A stretch of 63,053 bases of DNA, counting the filler, from Octopus bimaculoides (lineage: Eukaryota): NCBI RefSeq assembly GCF_001194135.2. It is 4 parts of 3 records of this genome, joined end to end, with 100 filler letters (N's around TTAATTAATTAA, not from the genome) between each part and the next. Parts side by side here need not be neighbours in the genome. Positions count along the whole stretch, not along the records: positions 61,882 to 63,053 come from NC_069000.1; 3 more parts are not named here. One strand, 5' to 3'. The notes beneath the pieces were generated by a model. That model did no database searches, was not told where the DNA came from, and was given only the letters and a program-made list of their open reading frames with translations. A program made the position numbers and the translations under genes. This document shows, in pieces, positions 62,804-63,053 of this stretch; position 1 is the first letter of the stretch; every line of letters begins with the position of its first letter.

Positions 62804-63053
62804 ATAAGAGCTTATCTTAATTTTCCTCTACATATGTTCTGTATGTTCTAACCAGTAACACTACTAAGTACAGTGGCAGATGAACCACTATACAGGAAGT
62901 CGACTGGATAAAGATAATCAACGTGGAGCTCTAAATCATAGTATAGTAGTCTCTAACTATAGTCTCTAATTATTCTCTAACTATTCACACAGTGTTTGTT
63001 TGTAGAAATAGCAATGCTTGCTTTGTGTGTATGGCGGGGTGTCAGTTGACACG

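Overview
This is a gapped, microsatellite-rich eukaryotic window. Its repeat families and low-complexity content suggest a coleoid cephalopod, probably Octopus (inference). Three artificial 100-bp linkers (44 N + TTAATTAATTAA + 44 N) join four scaffold pieces. Only one host-gene exon can be named: a 159-bp CCDC39-like exon at 30003-30161 (+), inside a CpG-depleted block. The rest is mobile-element debris: Penelope-like element (PLE) RT, GIY-YIG and Naiad-like fragments, a gag/ORF1-like CCHC ORF, a hAT pseudogene, mariner/Tc1/DD37D relics, MITE-like foldbacks and many tRNA-derived SINEs. The most striking signal is RNA-structural. Three unrelated repeat families each carry all hammerhead ribozyme core elements (GUA, GAAA, CUGAUGA and three helices) in the same non-circularly permuted order. 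The window also has a canonical minimal type I hammerhead next to a PLE endonuclease, and a tRNA-headed SINE whose tail is a PLE-type hammerhead. All structures were paired by eye, and none has been tested for cleavage.
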